From: Carcharhinus longimanus
Taxonomy: Eukaryota
DNA length: 63,644 nt
Assembly: GCA_030264375.1 (NCBI GenBank)
Contig: JASCQW010000190.1
Location: forward strand, 23,159,732 to 23,223,375
Reading direction: 5' to 3'
Below are positions 50,874 to 62,579 of the stretch, one piece after another; within the stretch, counting starts at the first letter, position 1; each line of letters begins with the position of its first letter. The notes under the pieces were generated by a model. The model did no database searches, was not told the DNA's origin, and saw nothing but the letters and a program-made list of their open reading frames with translations. The translations under genes and the position numbers were made by a program.

Positions 50874-51646
50874 TCTTCTCAGTTTTTCACACATTCATTC
50901 AATGCCTCTATTCTTAGAAGGAGGTTAGAATCCCTACAGTGCAGAAGGAGACCATTTGGTCCATTGAGTCTGCACCGACAATAATCCTACCCAGGCCCTA
51001 TCCCATAACCCCACATATTTACCCCATTAATCTCTTGAACCTACATATCCTGGGACACTAAGGGGCAATTTAGCATGGCCAATGCACCTAACCTGCACAT
51101 CTTTGGACTGTGGCAAGAAACCAGAGTGGGAAGAAACCCACACACGGGAGAACATGCAAACTTCAGGCAGTGACCCAAGCCGGGAAGCTAGAGCTGTGAG
51201 GCAGCAGTGCTAAACACTGTGCTGCCCTTTTATTAGATCTGGTATTACCTCGTGTGAATATCACTTCAGGCATTTAACCAAATGCTGATTTCTACTTAAA
51301 CATTTTACAGATTATCTGTACTTTCTCCCCCCTTACTTTTTAATAGTATTCAGCTGTAACCTCCTCCAGTTTTGATAAAGTGTTCACACCCATAACAATA
51401 TATGAGGATTCACTGCACTATATTACATTATATTATGCAGAGATTACATGATTAATTGTTCTCCACAGGTGCTGGTTAACGTGCTGAAAGTTTCAGGTTT
51501 CCAACAACTGCATTTTTTGCATCTTTGGTGGTAAGGCAAGCACTTATCCTCCAAATTCCCCAGGGGGACTCCCTATTTTTGATGCATGTTATTGTCTAGT
51601 TTTAGTTTCACAAAAATCATTCCAATATACACCACCCAACACTTAC

Positions 51647-51744
51647 TTGAAGCATGCATGACAACGCAGAATATGGTTTCTTGCTTGTTTTATAAGCATC
51701 CCTTTTAAGGAAATCACGTGAAGCCCCATCTGAATAAGGACATT
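51647..51744 (-). CDS. NOB1: NOB1 exon 7
   Basis: NVLIQMGLHVISLKGMLIKQARNHILRCHACF(K), the first CxxC of the zinc ribbon. 98 nt. GTAAGT donor. Confidence 0.96.
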
Positions 51745-52054
51745 CTATGAATAAAAACAAAGAACTTGCATTTATCACATTCTGTTTGAATATCTTGCAA
51801 TATAGGCCTCAGCCCCTCATATTCTCAGTAAAAAATAAAGTTCAACTATACACGCAAGAACCTCTAATCATCTCTACTCATTGTTGGGATGTGGGCATAT
51901 TCATCAACTCAGTGGGACCTTGAATGATTATACATCATCTGTGGGGACAACATTGAAGATTTCAACAGGTTTAAGTGCCTGTTAAACCTGTATAACGAGT
52001 ATAACGAGTTTTCTGTCAAATAGTTTGAAAACTTAAAAGAAGAAACATCCATAC

Positions 52055-52285
52055 CTGCATGGCAAAATCTGTAGTCATACAACCAACTTTGACATTTACT
52101 ATTGTCTCAGAGCAGCCCATATCCTGGAGGATTTGCTGAATATTACTAGGTGTTATCCACCCATCATCATCAACATCCTCATCATCATCATCCTCTTCCT
52201 CATCCTCCTCCCCATCACTCTCATATAGTTCTTCTTGGTGTTGCTCAAATTGTTTGTCTATGGAAATGCAGACATTCTCTTTGCC
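52055..52285 (-). CDS. NOB1: NOB1 exon 6 (acidic tract, GWITP motif)
   Basis: GKENVC...EEDEEEDDDDEDVDDDGWITPSNIQQI...VKVGCMTTDFAMQ. Donor GTATGG. 231 nt. Confidence 0.95.
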
Positions 52286-52623
52286 CTGTTAAATAATGCA
52301 AGGTAACACATCAGTTTCTGGTTAGGCAACAAAAGAAAACATAATTAAGTTGTTTTTTCAGAAGCTAAAGATTAGATGGTATTCAATGTTTTTTGACAAA
52401 CATTCACATTAGTTTGCGGAATAAGCACAGAAAATAATGCAAACATTCAACAGGTCAGAATTTTCCCACCCTGCCCACCACGGGAATCATAGCTGGCAGG
52501 GGTGAATCATGCAAAGGTCCACCAACCTTGGGTGGAATTTCTCCGGTCTTGGGGCAAGCGCAGCTAAAAAATTCCGCCCAAAGTTTCCGGGTCAAATGAT
52601 ATTTCATCCGATTAGCAGCTTAC

Positions 52624-52809
52624 CAGAAAGTCTCGAAGGTCTTCTTCAATGCTCGGTAGAGGGTTTCTCCAGTACTGAAAGGCATTGAATTCTGATGAAT
52701 CGACCACAGCCAATTCACTGAGATGTTTTGCACTGGTAGAACGGCAAGCTTCCTCTGCATCTAAAGGGAACGAATGATTTCCCTTTGGGCAATCTTTTTT
52801 TGGATGCTG
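52624..52809 (-). CDS. NOB1: NOB1 exon 5
   Basis: QHPKKDCPK...SSEFNAFQYWRNPLPSIEEDLRDFL. Donor GTAAGC. Tandem CAGCAG acceptor, so the exon starts at 52809 or 52806. Confidence 0.9.
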
Positions 52810-54077
52810 CTGCACAGAAAGAAAAGGCTTTTCACCGATTCTTACATTTCTGCATTATCACAAACTTCGCAGCCTTGAACACAAGAGTTGCTGTATCACG
52901 GTTCTTAAATACTGAGTACTATGTAAGAATGATGAGCCAAATAGTTCTACAGGGATCTGCAAGTCAATATAGTCTTAACTGACTTCAGATCTAAACTTGG
53001 GCTGAATGGGATCAAAAGTTAGCGGAAGAAGCAGAATTAGGCCATTGAGTTGCACAATCAGCCATGCTCGTAGTGAATGGCGGAGCAGGCTCAAAGGGTC
53101 TCCTCCTGCTCCTATCTTCTTTGTTTCCATGTAAACAAAAATGATTAGCTTGACACAAATAATATCACATTTTAGCTCTGGGTTTTTGTAGTAGCGAAAG
53201 GTTTTGATAACTTGATCAATACATCAATTTGATTTCTGAGGGAGGTAACTCTTTTCAGTTTGGCAGTCCACTGGCAGTATCAAAATGCAAATCTACACGG
53301 ATTATTTGTATTTGGAGGGCACAGCAGTGATGTTTGATTCTATCTTCTTCCAGTCCTCACACAAAGAAGGGACTGACTATTTTTGTTTTTTTCTGGTCCC
53401 CATTTAAATCAGATAACTCAGCATTTTCTGGGAATCAAATCAAACCCATCTGGTCTTTATGATGCCTCTATTGGTTAGACTGGTAAGGGGGTCAACTATA
53501 AACTCTTTTAACACAAGAAATCCATGGAAAAATCTGGACGAATGTAATCAATTCTGAACAGCATTGACAAAAATTTAATACCATGTTCCTCTCAGCGATG
53601 AGCCCTTTTATCTTTCTCCTAATTTTCCATTACCCCATTACTTCAGTTTCTGTCTTCAGCTTCCAATTTTAACTAGTAGGCTAGCTACACACCCCAAATT
53701 CAATGCTAAAGCGGCCATCTCAAAAGTTGAATTCAATAAATTTTAACCAGATAAGATACAGAAAAGGCCTAGGGTTCAAAATGCAGGAGAACGTCTGCAT
53801 TTGGCAGACATAACTAAAAATTCTTAAATTCAAGTTCCACTCAAGGAGGTCAGCGTGTAATCCAGGCAGAGTGACAGTACTTTTAGACCAGGTGGTCTAT
53901 TTGTCCAAACACCGAGTTAGTTTAAAAATGATCTTTTTCACAGAACGGAATGGAGTTATCCCAAAATCTGACCAATGTCATCTTCAACCAAAAGGAGCAA
54001 AACAGAACAGGCCATTCATTTTATTTGCTGTTAACGGAACCTTGTCTCGTACAAAAAGCTTTCATATTTGTCACAAA

Positions 54078-54142
54078 GCTAGTGGCATTTGCTACCAAAT
54101 AAACCTGTTGGACTTTAACCTGGTGTTGTGAGACTTCTTATT
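54078..54142 (+). mobile_element. 65-bp Penelope pLTR fragment with 14-bp TSD in NOB1 intron 4
   Basis: GCTAGTGGCATTTGCTACCAAATAAACCTGTTGGACTTTAACCTGGTGTTGTGAGACTTCTTA, flanked by ATATTTGTCACAAA at 54064-54077 and 54143-54156. Confidence 0.85.
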
Positions 54143-54300
54143 ATATTTGTCACAAAACCAGAGATTATAATTCTTTGTTGTTCGATACATTGATTATGTA
54201 GATTTGGAATTCTGTACAACAAAACTTTCAATTGGTTGTTACTTGACATACAGTTCATAAAGTTTTTACAAGATTCTAAATGATGCATTTTTTTTTTTAC

Positions 54301-54372
54301 CTTAGATGGCAAATGAAAGCCTGCAACATCGATCAGTGACTCAGGATGTCTTAAAGTCGTATTCACTTCAAT
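54301..54372 (-). CDS. NOB1: NOB1 exon 4
   Basis: IEVNTTLRHPESLIDVAGFHLPSK. AG/GTAAAA boundaries. 72 nt. Confidence 0.9.
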
Positions 54373-54781
54373 CTATCCAAAACAAAAAGAACTGTTTGGA
54401 TTTTCCATAATCAGTGATTTTTTTAATATTTTGTTTGAACATCTCTGTCTAACATTTCTATTGCACATGATAAACACGGGACTGCTGACATGAAATACGT
54501 ATATAGTGAAGCAACAAGAACAGCAGCGTGACGCCTGACAGTGACATTGCAAATGGCAACACATGCTCATTGCTCCGGACTCAGCCCACATAGAAAGTTT
54601 CTTTAGATTTTTCATTAACCATAAAGCTATTGTGTACTTGCACAGCATGTACATGTAACTTTTATTTCCTTAGTAACAAAGTTTTTTTAAAACCATGAAT
54701 TAGTGATCACTTAATTATTGGTCCTGCTTCACACCTTCAGTTCTAGGGCCAATTGTAATTCAGAAATAAACAGAAGCCTGT

Positions 54782-54908
54782 GGGTGGGATTTTCTGGCCG
54801 CACTCGCCCCAAGGCTGGAAAATCCTACTCCAGGTCAACGGACCTTTGCATGGTCTGTGTCCCACCTACTACAACTCCCATAGCAGCCTGGACAGGAAAA
54901 TTCCGCCC
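54782..54908. mobile_element. ~127-bp MITE (Harbinger-like)
   Basis: TIRs GGGTGGGATTTTC / GAAAATTCCGCCC, 3-bp TSD TGT. Related copies at ~19478-19604, 22880-23000 and 52453-52578 (opposite orientation). Confidence 0.75.
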
Positions 54909-55276
54909 TGTGTGCTACATTTATACCCAAAATACTGAACAAAGTTCATAGAATGGAAAACTGATGGGACAGCTGATCTTTTGCTGCTCATCAGACTCAT
55001 AAGATCTTATTCTAGAATTTTTAAAATATCCACCGTATTTAAATGTCTGCAACATTGCTCACTGATGTACTAAAACCATTTGTTTACAGTATATACTCAA
55101 GACAAGTAACAGCCAAGCAAAATGAAAGTCTTCCACAATGCAATCATTCTATATTTTACATGACGTAGCAATGTATCTGAGGTTCTTTTGTGCAACTATA
55201 GAAGTCTGAGGTTGTTGCAGCTCAGACAGTACAACAGCCCATCAGTAAACAAAGTTCAAGGTAACAAATAACTTAC

Positions 55277-55410
55277 TTTTTGTGTAGGTTCTTTTTTCAA
55301 GTGACCAATTCCCACAAATTCAGCTTCAAGCTGACAGGTTAGTGCCAGAACTTTAATGTCAGTTGCTGAGAGACTGGGATAGTCTCCAGTTTTTTTGGAA
55401 AACTCAGTTA
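55277..55410 (-). CDS. NOB1: NOB1 exon 3
   Basis: (V)TEFSKKTGDYPSLSATDIKVLALTCQLEAEFVGIGHLKKEPTQK. AG acceptor and GTAAGT donor. 134 nt. Confidence 0.96.
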
Positions 55411-56409
55411 CTGTAAAGAAAATGTTGAAAAACAATTTTTTAAAAAATCTTTGAATCCAAGAGCAAACTTGAATTTATGCAATGCTTTTCATACATTTAG
55501 GATTCCCTCATCAATTAGCTTTGGTATTATGTCAGCAAATGCCCCAGACCATTTCTACAGGATGTACAGTGATGAGATGAAAACAGTTCATCTGTTTTGG
55601 TGACACTGGAGGTCACAACACCAGGAGATCGCCCTGCTTTTTTTCGAACAGTAAAATGGGGTTCTTTTATGTCAACTTAAACCAGTGGTTCTCAAAGTCT
55701 GGCCTAAGTGCATTCTCCAGGTGATTTGCAGGTTGGTCCAAAATGCAAATCACTTGGTCACCACGCCATGGCTGAGATCATTTGAGGGAAGAGACCAGAA
55801 GTTTTCTTCACCACTCACATGACTATCACTGTTTGCTGTGCAGATACATGGATTTGGGCCAGTGTCTGTGGGAATTTGCACATTCTCCCTGTGGTTGTGT
55901 GGGTTTCCTCCGGGTGCTCCGGTTTCATCCCACACCCCAAAGATGTGCTCTTAGGCTGACTGGTGTAACAAATTGTCCCTAAATTATTCTCCCCTTAATC
56001 TGGTNNNNNNNNNNNNNNNNNNNNNNNNNNNNNNNNNNNNNNNNNNNNNNNNNNNNNNNNNNNNNNNNNNNNNNNNNNNNNNNNNNNNNNNNNNNNNNNN
56101 NNNNGGAGGAAAAACACATTGTTAAGATGGCGGCGCGGGCTCGTTGGGCCGAAGGGCCTGTTTCCCGTGCTGTGTTGCTCTCTGACGTCAAACAACCAGA
56201 TTAGCTCTCACATGTGCAGCATGAGTCATGTAAGCATAAGCAGCAACATAGTTTTATCAGCAAGTCTTCTGCTGCTGTTATAACGTACAACTGAATGTAA
56301 TTTTCCAAAACGTGGAACAGAAAAAAGTGGAGGAACTGGCTGAATGTGGAGCCGGATAACAGGATGCAACTCTCCAGCACAGAATAAGACTTCACCTTAT
56401 TGGTAAAAT

Positions 56410-57050
56410 AAACAAAATACTACAGGTCTGGAATCTGAATCAAGAGTAGAGGATGCTGGGAAAACTCAGCAGATTTGCCAGCACCTAACAGGAGAGAACC
56501 AGAGTTAACATTTCATGTCATAGACTCTTGATCAGAACTGAAAGGAAAGAGAACGCATTAGAGCAGAAGAAACTGCCACAAAAAGTAGCAACGTGGCAAT
56601 GGGTGTGAGAACACTTTCACACAATTCGCAAGCATGACCCCCCAACCTTCCTGTGTGCCATTTTAACTTGACACCTGGCTCTCATGCCCACATGTCCATC
56701 CTTGGCCTGCTACCATGCTCCAGTGAAGTTCAGCACAAGCTGGCAGAATAGCATCTCAACCTCTAATTATAGCCCTTAGGAATCAAATGTTGAGTTTGGC
56801 AAATTTAGATTTTGATTTTTCTCCTCCATCTCAAACCCCCATCCTTTCTTCTCTTTTATTTTGAATACTTATGTATTGCCTCAATGCAAAACACCCCGCT
56901 CCCTCTCACACCAGGCCATTTGTCATTTTCTAAGATTGCTACTTTTTGATGTAGTTTCTTTTGCTCTAACACATTCTCCCTCCTTTCTGTTCCAGTGAAG
57001 GATCTATGATCTGAATCGTGAACTGCGTTTCTCTCCTGATAGATGCTGAA
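56410..57050 (+). mobile_element. Decayed Penelope-like element: inverted pLTR, GIY-YIG C-terminus, pLTR
   Basis: 56609-56810 encodes EHFHTIRKHDP...CHFNLTPGSHAHMSILGLLPCSSEVQHKLAE*HL. Degenerate hammerheads at 56503-56539 (-) and ~56989-57023 (+). Confidence 0.75.
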
Positions 57051-57701
57051 GCAGCCCCGTTCCTCCCATTAACTCTGATGAGCTATTTTTGCACTTTCAA
57101 GTAATAATGGGTGGGGTCAGACCAGAAGATGGCCCTGCCTAAGTCACCCATAGATGAAACAGTGCAAGAACCGCTGGCCTAAAACAGAAAGAACCGCAAT
57201 CTGGCAAAAAAGAGAACATCAACAAGGCAACAATCCCTCAGTGCACTTATTAGATTGTGTATTGAATCCACAAGCCTTTGGCTTGAGGCACAGTCCCTCC
57301 TGCCTCCCTCCAAATCATACAAACAGCCTATATTTTTGCTAGATAGTGCACAAAATAATCCATAAAATTTAAAAACATAGCTATTTAGCTCCTTGAACCT
57401 GTTCCTCTATTCATGGTCGACCTGCAAGCTAACTCCACAAACCTGTTCTTTCCCATATCATTTAATACCTTAACTTAGCAAAAATCTTATCAATTTCAGA
57501 TTTAAAATTAACCGGCCTTGTATTAGTTTGTGGAAGAAAATGCACAGAGAGACACTTCCACATTTCATCTCCAAAGGGCTTGTTTCTTATTTTTAGATAA
57601 TGTCCCACAGTTCTAGACTCCTCAACCAATGGAAATAGGTTCTGCCTAGCCAACCCTTGTGTTCCCCTTATCATTTTGAAAACTCCACTCCAATCATCCC
57701 T

Positions 57702-58215
57702 TGTGGCAGCACTGTCCCCTTTAAGGGGCAATCATTCACAGATCACATTTCATCTGAGGCCTATTGCTTGAAAGCGCGCAAACCTCGGCCACTGACAAGA
57801 AGAGGGGAGTACGGTAGGATGAGAGAAGAATTGGCGAATGTGGACTGGGGGAGCGCGTTGGAAGGTAGGTCTGCTGANNNNNNNNNNNNNNNNNNNNNNN
57901 NNNNNNNNNNNNNNNNNNNNNNNNNNNNNNNNNNNNNNNNNNNNNNNNNNNNNNNNNNNNNNNNNNNNNNNNNNNNNTGAATGGCGGGGCAGGCTCGAAG
58001 GGCTAGATGGCCTACTCCTGCTCCTATTTCTTATGTTCTTATGTTCTAAAGCTGGTGGGTCCAGGGGGTAAACAGATTCCTACTGTGAGCCCATGACTCA
58101 AGGAGTAAAGCCCTGTCTTGTCGTTGCTGTGCCTATAAATAGTTTCACCTCATTGTTGTTTGAATAAATTACTGCAATTAAAGCAGCCTCCTTGTTGATA
58201 CTTCATGCCATTACA
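57702..58215 (+). mobile_element. Solo LTR nested in a minus-strand CR1 and itself interrupted by a CR1
   Basis: TGTGG..CCCCTTTAAGGGG start, TATAAA and AATAAA, ends TTACA. Flanks CCCT/CCTT. The host CR1 continues on both sides. Confidence 0.55.
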
Positions 58216-58961
58216 CCTTTTAACTGTCTAAATTCTTTGTAATGCCTCCTCATTAATTTAACTCTTAGAATCCATGTATAATTCTGATAAATCTATGCTA
58301 CACCTCATTCAAAGCCATTATACCCTAAGGTGTGGAGATGTGGTCGAACCAGGGCTTTCTATAGCTGCAACATGACTTTTATCCACTTGTATTGAATTCT
58401 CTAGACATTACGGCCAGCACATTATTAACCTTTCTCATTATTTCCTGTTTTTCTTTGAACACTTCCTGCTAATCCTCTATCAACTTACCCAATAATAGAT
58501 TTGCCTAATTGCCTGTCTCTGTCTCTTCTTGATGAGTCATGATGTGGAGATGCCACATTGAACTGGATGTTAACCCGTTTAATTTTCTTGGTGAGGTCAG
58601 CCTGACCTAACTCTGGAATTTTAGCAGCTACTTTACATTTCTCCCTTTCAAACACAACATTGAACTCATATTATATTATGATCATTATTGAAAAAATGTT
58701 CACCTTCCACTAACTGTGGTGGCACAGGAAGTAAATGGTTACTGTGCTCACCAACATAATTGAGCCATTTCAAATTAATTCACTTGACATGAAGCATCTT
58801 GGACTGCTTCTGATAATGTGTGACATAAATGCAAGAGTTTCCTTTCCTTTATTACACAATATCATCAATTTTTTTAAAAATTGAAACCAAAAAAGCAAGA
58901 ACTTTAACATTAGGAATCAAAGTAAGAATTTTAAACACTTTAAGCCATGGGAATCACTCAC

Positions 58962-59094
58962 CTTGTCGGATATATTCAGGAAGTGGTTCTTTAAGACAGA
59001 GCTGGTACGGTAAAACTGCTAGCCTTTGTCTAGTTTCCTTGTCCCGTATTTCATTCACAACCTCCCTTAGTGTGTAGATGTTTTTTCCAAACTC
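58962..59094 (-). CDS. NOB1: NOB1 (20S pre-rRNA D-site endonuclease) exon 2, PIN domain
   Basis: On -: TTTTAG|GAG, then EFGKNIYTLREVVNEIRDKETRQRLAVLPYQLCLKEPLPEYIRQ, then G|GTGAGT. 133 nt. Exon 1 not found within the window. Confidence 0.95.
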
Positions 59095-59189
59095 CTAAAA
59101 CCAATTAAAGTAAGAGCTACAATGCAAAAACAACAATTTCTGTTGATTTTATCTCAAGTCCACTACTGTTCATTTGATAAGTGGATTTG

Positions 59190-60460
59190 TTAGCAGGAGA
59201 TCCTGTTTAACTAATTCAATTGCGTTTTTTTGAAGGGGTAATTAAATATATTGATGAGAACAGTGCAGTTGATATGGCTTACATGAACTTCAGTAAGGCC
59301 TTTGACAAGGTCCCAAATAGAAGGCTGGTCCAAAAAGTTAGAGCCCATGGGATCCAAGGCAAGTTGGCAAATTGGATCCAAAATTGGCTTGTTAATAGGA
59401 GGCAAAGGGTGATGGCGGAGGGCTGTATTTGTGATTGGAAACCTATGATCAGTGGAGTACATGATGTGGAGATGTGTATCCCTGTGGTACCAGTGGTGTA
59501 CCACAGGGATTGGTACTGGACCCCTGCTGTTTGTTATATACACGAACAACTTGGATGTGAATGTAGAATGTATAATCAGTAAGTCTGCAGATGACATGGA
59601 AATTTGTGGTGTTGTTGATAGTGAGGAGGATAATCTTAGGCTAAAGACTGACATTGGTCATCTTGTAAATTAGGCAGAGCAATGGCAGATGGAATTTAAT
59701 CCTGATGAGTGTGAGGTGATGCATTTGGGAGGTTTAATAAGAGCAGAATATACACAATGAATGTTAGGTCTCTAAGGGATCTTGAGGAATGAACAAAAGG
59801 ACTTTAGTGTACAAAGCCACAGATCTCTGAAGGTGACAGCACAGATAGATAGGGTGGTGAAGAAGGCACATGAAATGCTTGCCTTCATTAGCTTAGACAT
59901 TGGTTAGGCCACAGATGAAGTATTGTGTATAGTGTTGGTCGTCACACTATTGGAAGGATGTGATTGCACTGGAGAGGGTGCAGAGGAGATTCACCAGGAT
60001 GTTGCTTGGGGTAGAAAGTTGTAGCTATGAGCAGAAAGTAGATAGGCTGGGTTTGTTTTCCTCGGAAAAGAGGAGGATGGGGGGGGGGGAAATCTGATAA
60101 GAGTNNNNNNNNNNNNNNNNNNNNNNNNNNACACATTGATAGGGCAGACCATAAGAATCTATCCCCCATGGCAGAGGTGTCCAAGACCAGAGGGCTTAGG
60201 TTTAAGATGGGGAGTAAGTGATTCAGAGGGGATCTGAGGAAGTTATTTTATAACTCAGAGGATGATGGAAATATGGAATCTGCAGCCTGCGAGGGTGAAG
60301 GCAGATACTCTCACAACATTCAAAAGGTTCTGGGCGAGCACTTAAATCATCAAGGCATAGCAGGGTATGGTCCAATTGCAGATAAACGGATTGATATTTG
60401 ATGGTCGCCATAGACATTGTGGGCTGAAGGACCTGTTTCTATGCTGTATGACTCTGTGAC
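59190..60460 (+). mobile_element. CR1 LINE fragment in NOB1 intron 1
   Basis: AVDMAYMNFSKAFDKVPNRRLVQKVRAHGIQGKLANWIQNWL and ISKSADDMEI, plus 3' UTR. Confidence 0.92.
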
Positions 60461-60941
60461 CTGGCTCAACAATTAAATGCATAACCAAAAACCTGAGAAC
60501 TTAAAACTCCTCTCTTAAAATATCCTTTTATGTTGCAGGCGAATGGAGGGCAGCATTAAAAAGACAGTGGGATGTATATAGAAGGTCCCATGATAATGTC
60601 TGAACTGAATGGTGTGTTTGATGTCTATGTCAACTTCTCTCTTCAACTGTTACAAAATATAGATTATCTGTTCATTCATCTCTTTTGCCATTTGTGCAAC
60701 CTTGCTATACACAAATTAAATTCCACATTTGCCTACACAACAATATTTCAGAAGTTATATATGGAATGTAGTTAAATGCTTTACAATTTTGCACCAAGGT
60801 GCTGTCTTTAAGCATTTGCTCCTTCCTACCCTACTATCTTTTTTTTAAAACCTATTTCTCATTTTCTTTACACTAATTTCATTTTTTTAAAATCCCAATT
60901 TTCAAATCTCTTTTACAAAAGCAAAACACTGTGGTTGTCCC

Positions 60942-61110
60942 AAATGCTGGAAGTACTCAGCAGATCTGTCAGCATCTGTGGCTGAGAGAAACAGTATTTC
61001 GGGTCAATCTTTCAAATTCCAATGAAAAACTGTTGACTTGAAACATCAACTCTGCTCCTCTCTCCACAGATGTTGCCAGACTTGCTGAGTATTTCCAGTA
61101 CTTTCTGTTG
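60942..61110. mobile_element. Old inverted pair of family-B Penelope pLTR fragments
   Basis: TGCTGGAAGTACTCAGCAGATCTGTCAGCATCTGTGG is mirrored by CCACAGATGTTGCCAGACTTGCTGAGTATTTCCAGTA. Confidence 0.65.
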
Positions 61111-62579
61111 AAATATCTCCATTTGTACCACTCTGCAGCTAAAGGATGAGTAGACTGATCATGAAGTGTGCATAAGCAAACAAATAAACATTGCTCGATT
61201 CTATACATCTACCAAGTATCAACTCATTCCATAGGTCACATTTGATAACTATTTGGAAATTATGCAAAACTTAATGGATTACTACTTTTTCATTTGAATA
61301 TAACTTGCATCTTTTAAAATATTTTAAAATATAATGCAATTCTACATTGTCATCCTACTTAGCAAACATTTAGTTGCTCAGTAATCAAGTGATTAAATGC
61401 ATTGTGATGTTCTTTACTCAGACAGTGGTTGGGGTGTGGAATAGACTGCCTGCTGTGATAGTGGAGTCGGACACTTTAGAAACTTTCAAGCTGTTATTGA
61501 ATAGGCACATGGAGCACACCAGAATGATAGGGAGTGGGATAGCTTGATCTTGGTTTCAGACAAAGTTCAGCACAACATCCAGGGCCTGTACTGTGATGTA
61601 CTGTTCTATGTTGTCTTGAGGCCACCCTCACAGGTAGTGTTGCGAATGTGCTGATTTGGTTGTTTTTAGCTGGGTCGATAGGAGATGCTACCAAGAGGCT
61701 CAGTGTTTATAAGTGAAAGGACGAAAAGGTCACATCTCACAGCCTGGGTAAAATCCATGGAATTGTCACATGCATTATTTTAGAACAGACACTGGAAACT
61801 TCAAAACTGTTAATCTGACAAGAGTCTAACTTGTAAAAAGAAAAGTCCTTTTTTCATGTTTCCTTGTTTTGATGATATGGAAGCATTACATTGATCACAA
61901 CGGCTATCAAGCCTCTTTTCTGCATCCCATCCAAATTTTGGTTTGACAAAAGGCTGTAGTCACAGTAACCAATGAGTCATACTGGAAAGTGAGGGTGTGT
62001 GGACAAATTAGGATCAATTCTAATCCTCTACTGAATGACTTGCCTAAACTTGCTACTTAGGTCACTCACATCAAATATTACCATTTAGGAGGCGCTTTGT
62101 AGTCTGACATCCAATAAACTGTACATCAGGTGAAGTCAGCATCATCAGAAGAGGGTAGAAATTGGAATTTAAAATTAATGTAAATTCATATTTCAAATGA
62201 GTGGTGACAAGTTAAATTGCACAGCAAATAACTTCATCTGTAACTTCAAGATTACGCATCTAGCAATAGGAGACTGAAAGTCAGTAAAGAATATATTGAC
62301 TAATTCAATCATCTGATACCCGAATATACTGAGGCAGGTTTGAGCACTGACTAATCAGTCTGCCTCAGTAATATGTGCATGGTGATGAGACTAATCACAC
62401 TCAGTAGTTTGGTCTGGACAACTTGAGCCTGATCATGGGTTTAGTACCAGGCTGACAGCAACTTATGAAACTTAGCAAAGTGCATAATTAGACCGGTTAG
62501 TACCACTCCCACAGTTACACATGGTGACTGATAGAAAAATTATGACAAATTTAGTGAGCATTGCAAAAGAATGTTTTTC

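Noticed and set aside
51790-51945. C/D-like boxes (ATGATGT, CTGA, TGATGA) in NOB1 intron 6
   Set aside because: No properly placed terminal D box with a closing stem.
56124-56190. YY1 (AAGATGGCGGC) and CRE (TGACGTCA) motifs as a promoter
   Set aside because: Embedded in a gap-adjacent CR1 3' UTR, with no CpG island or exon.
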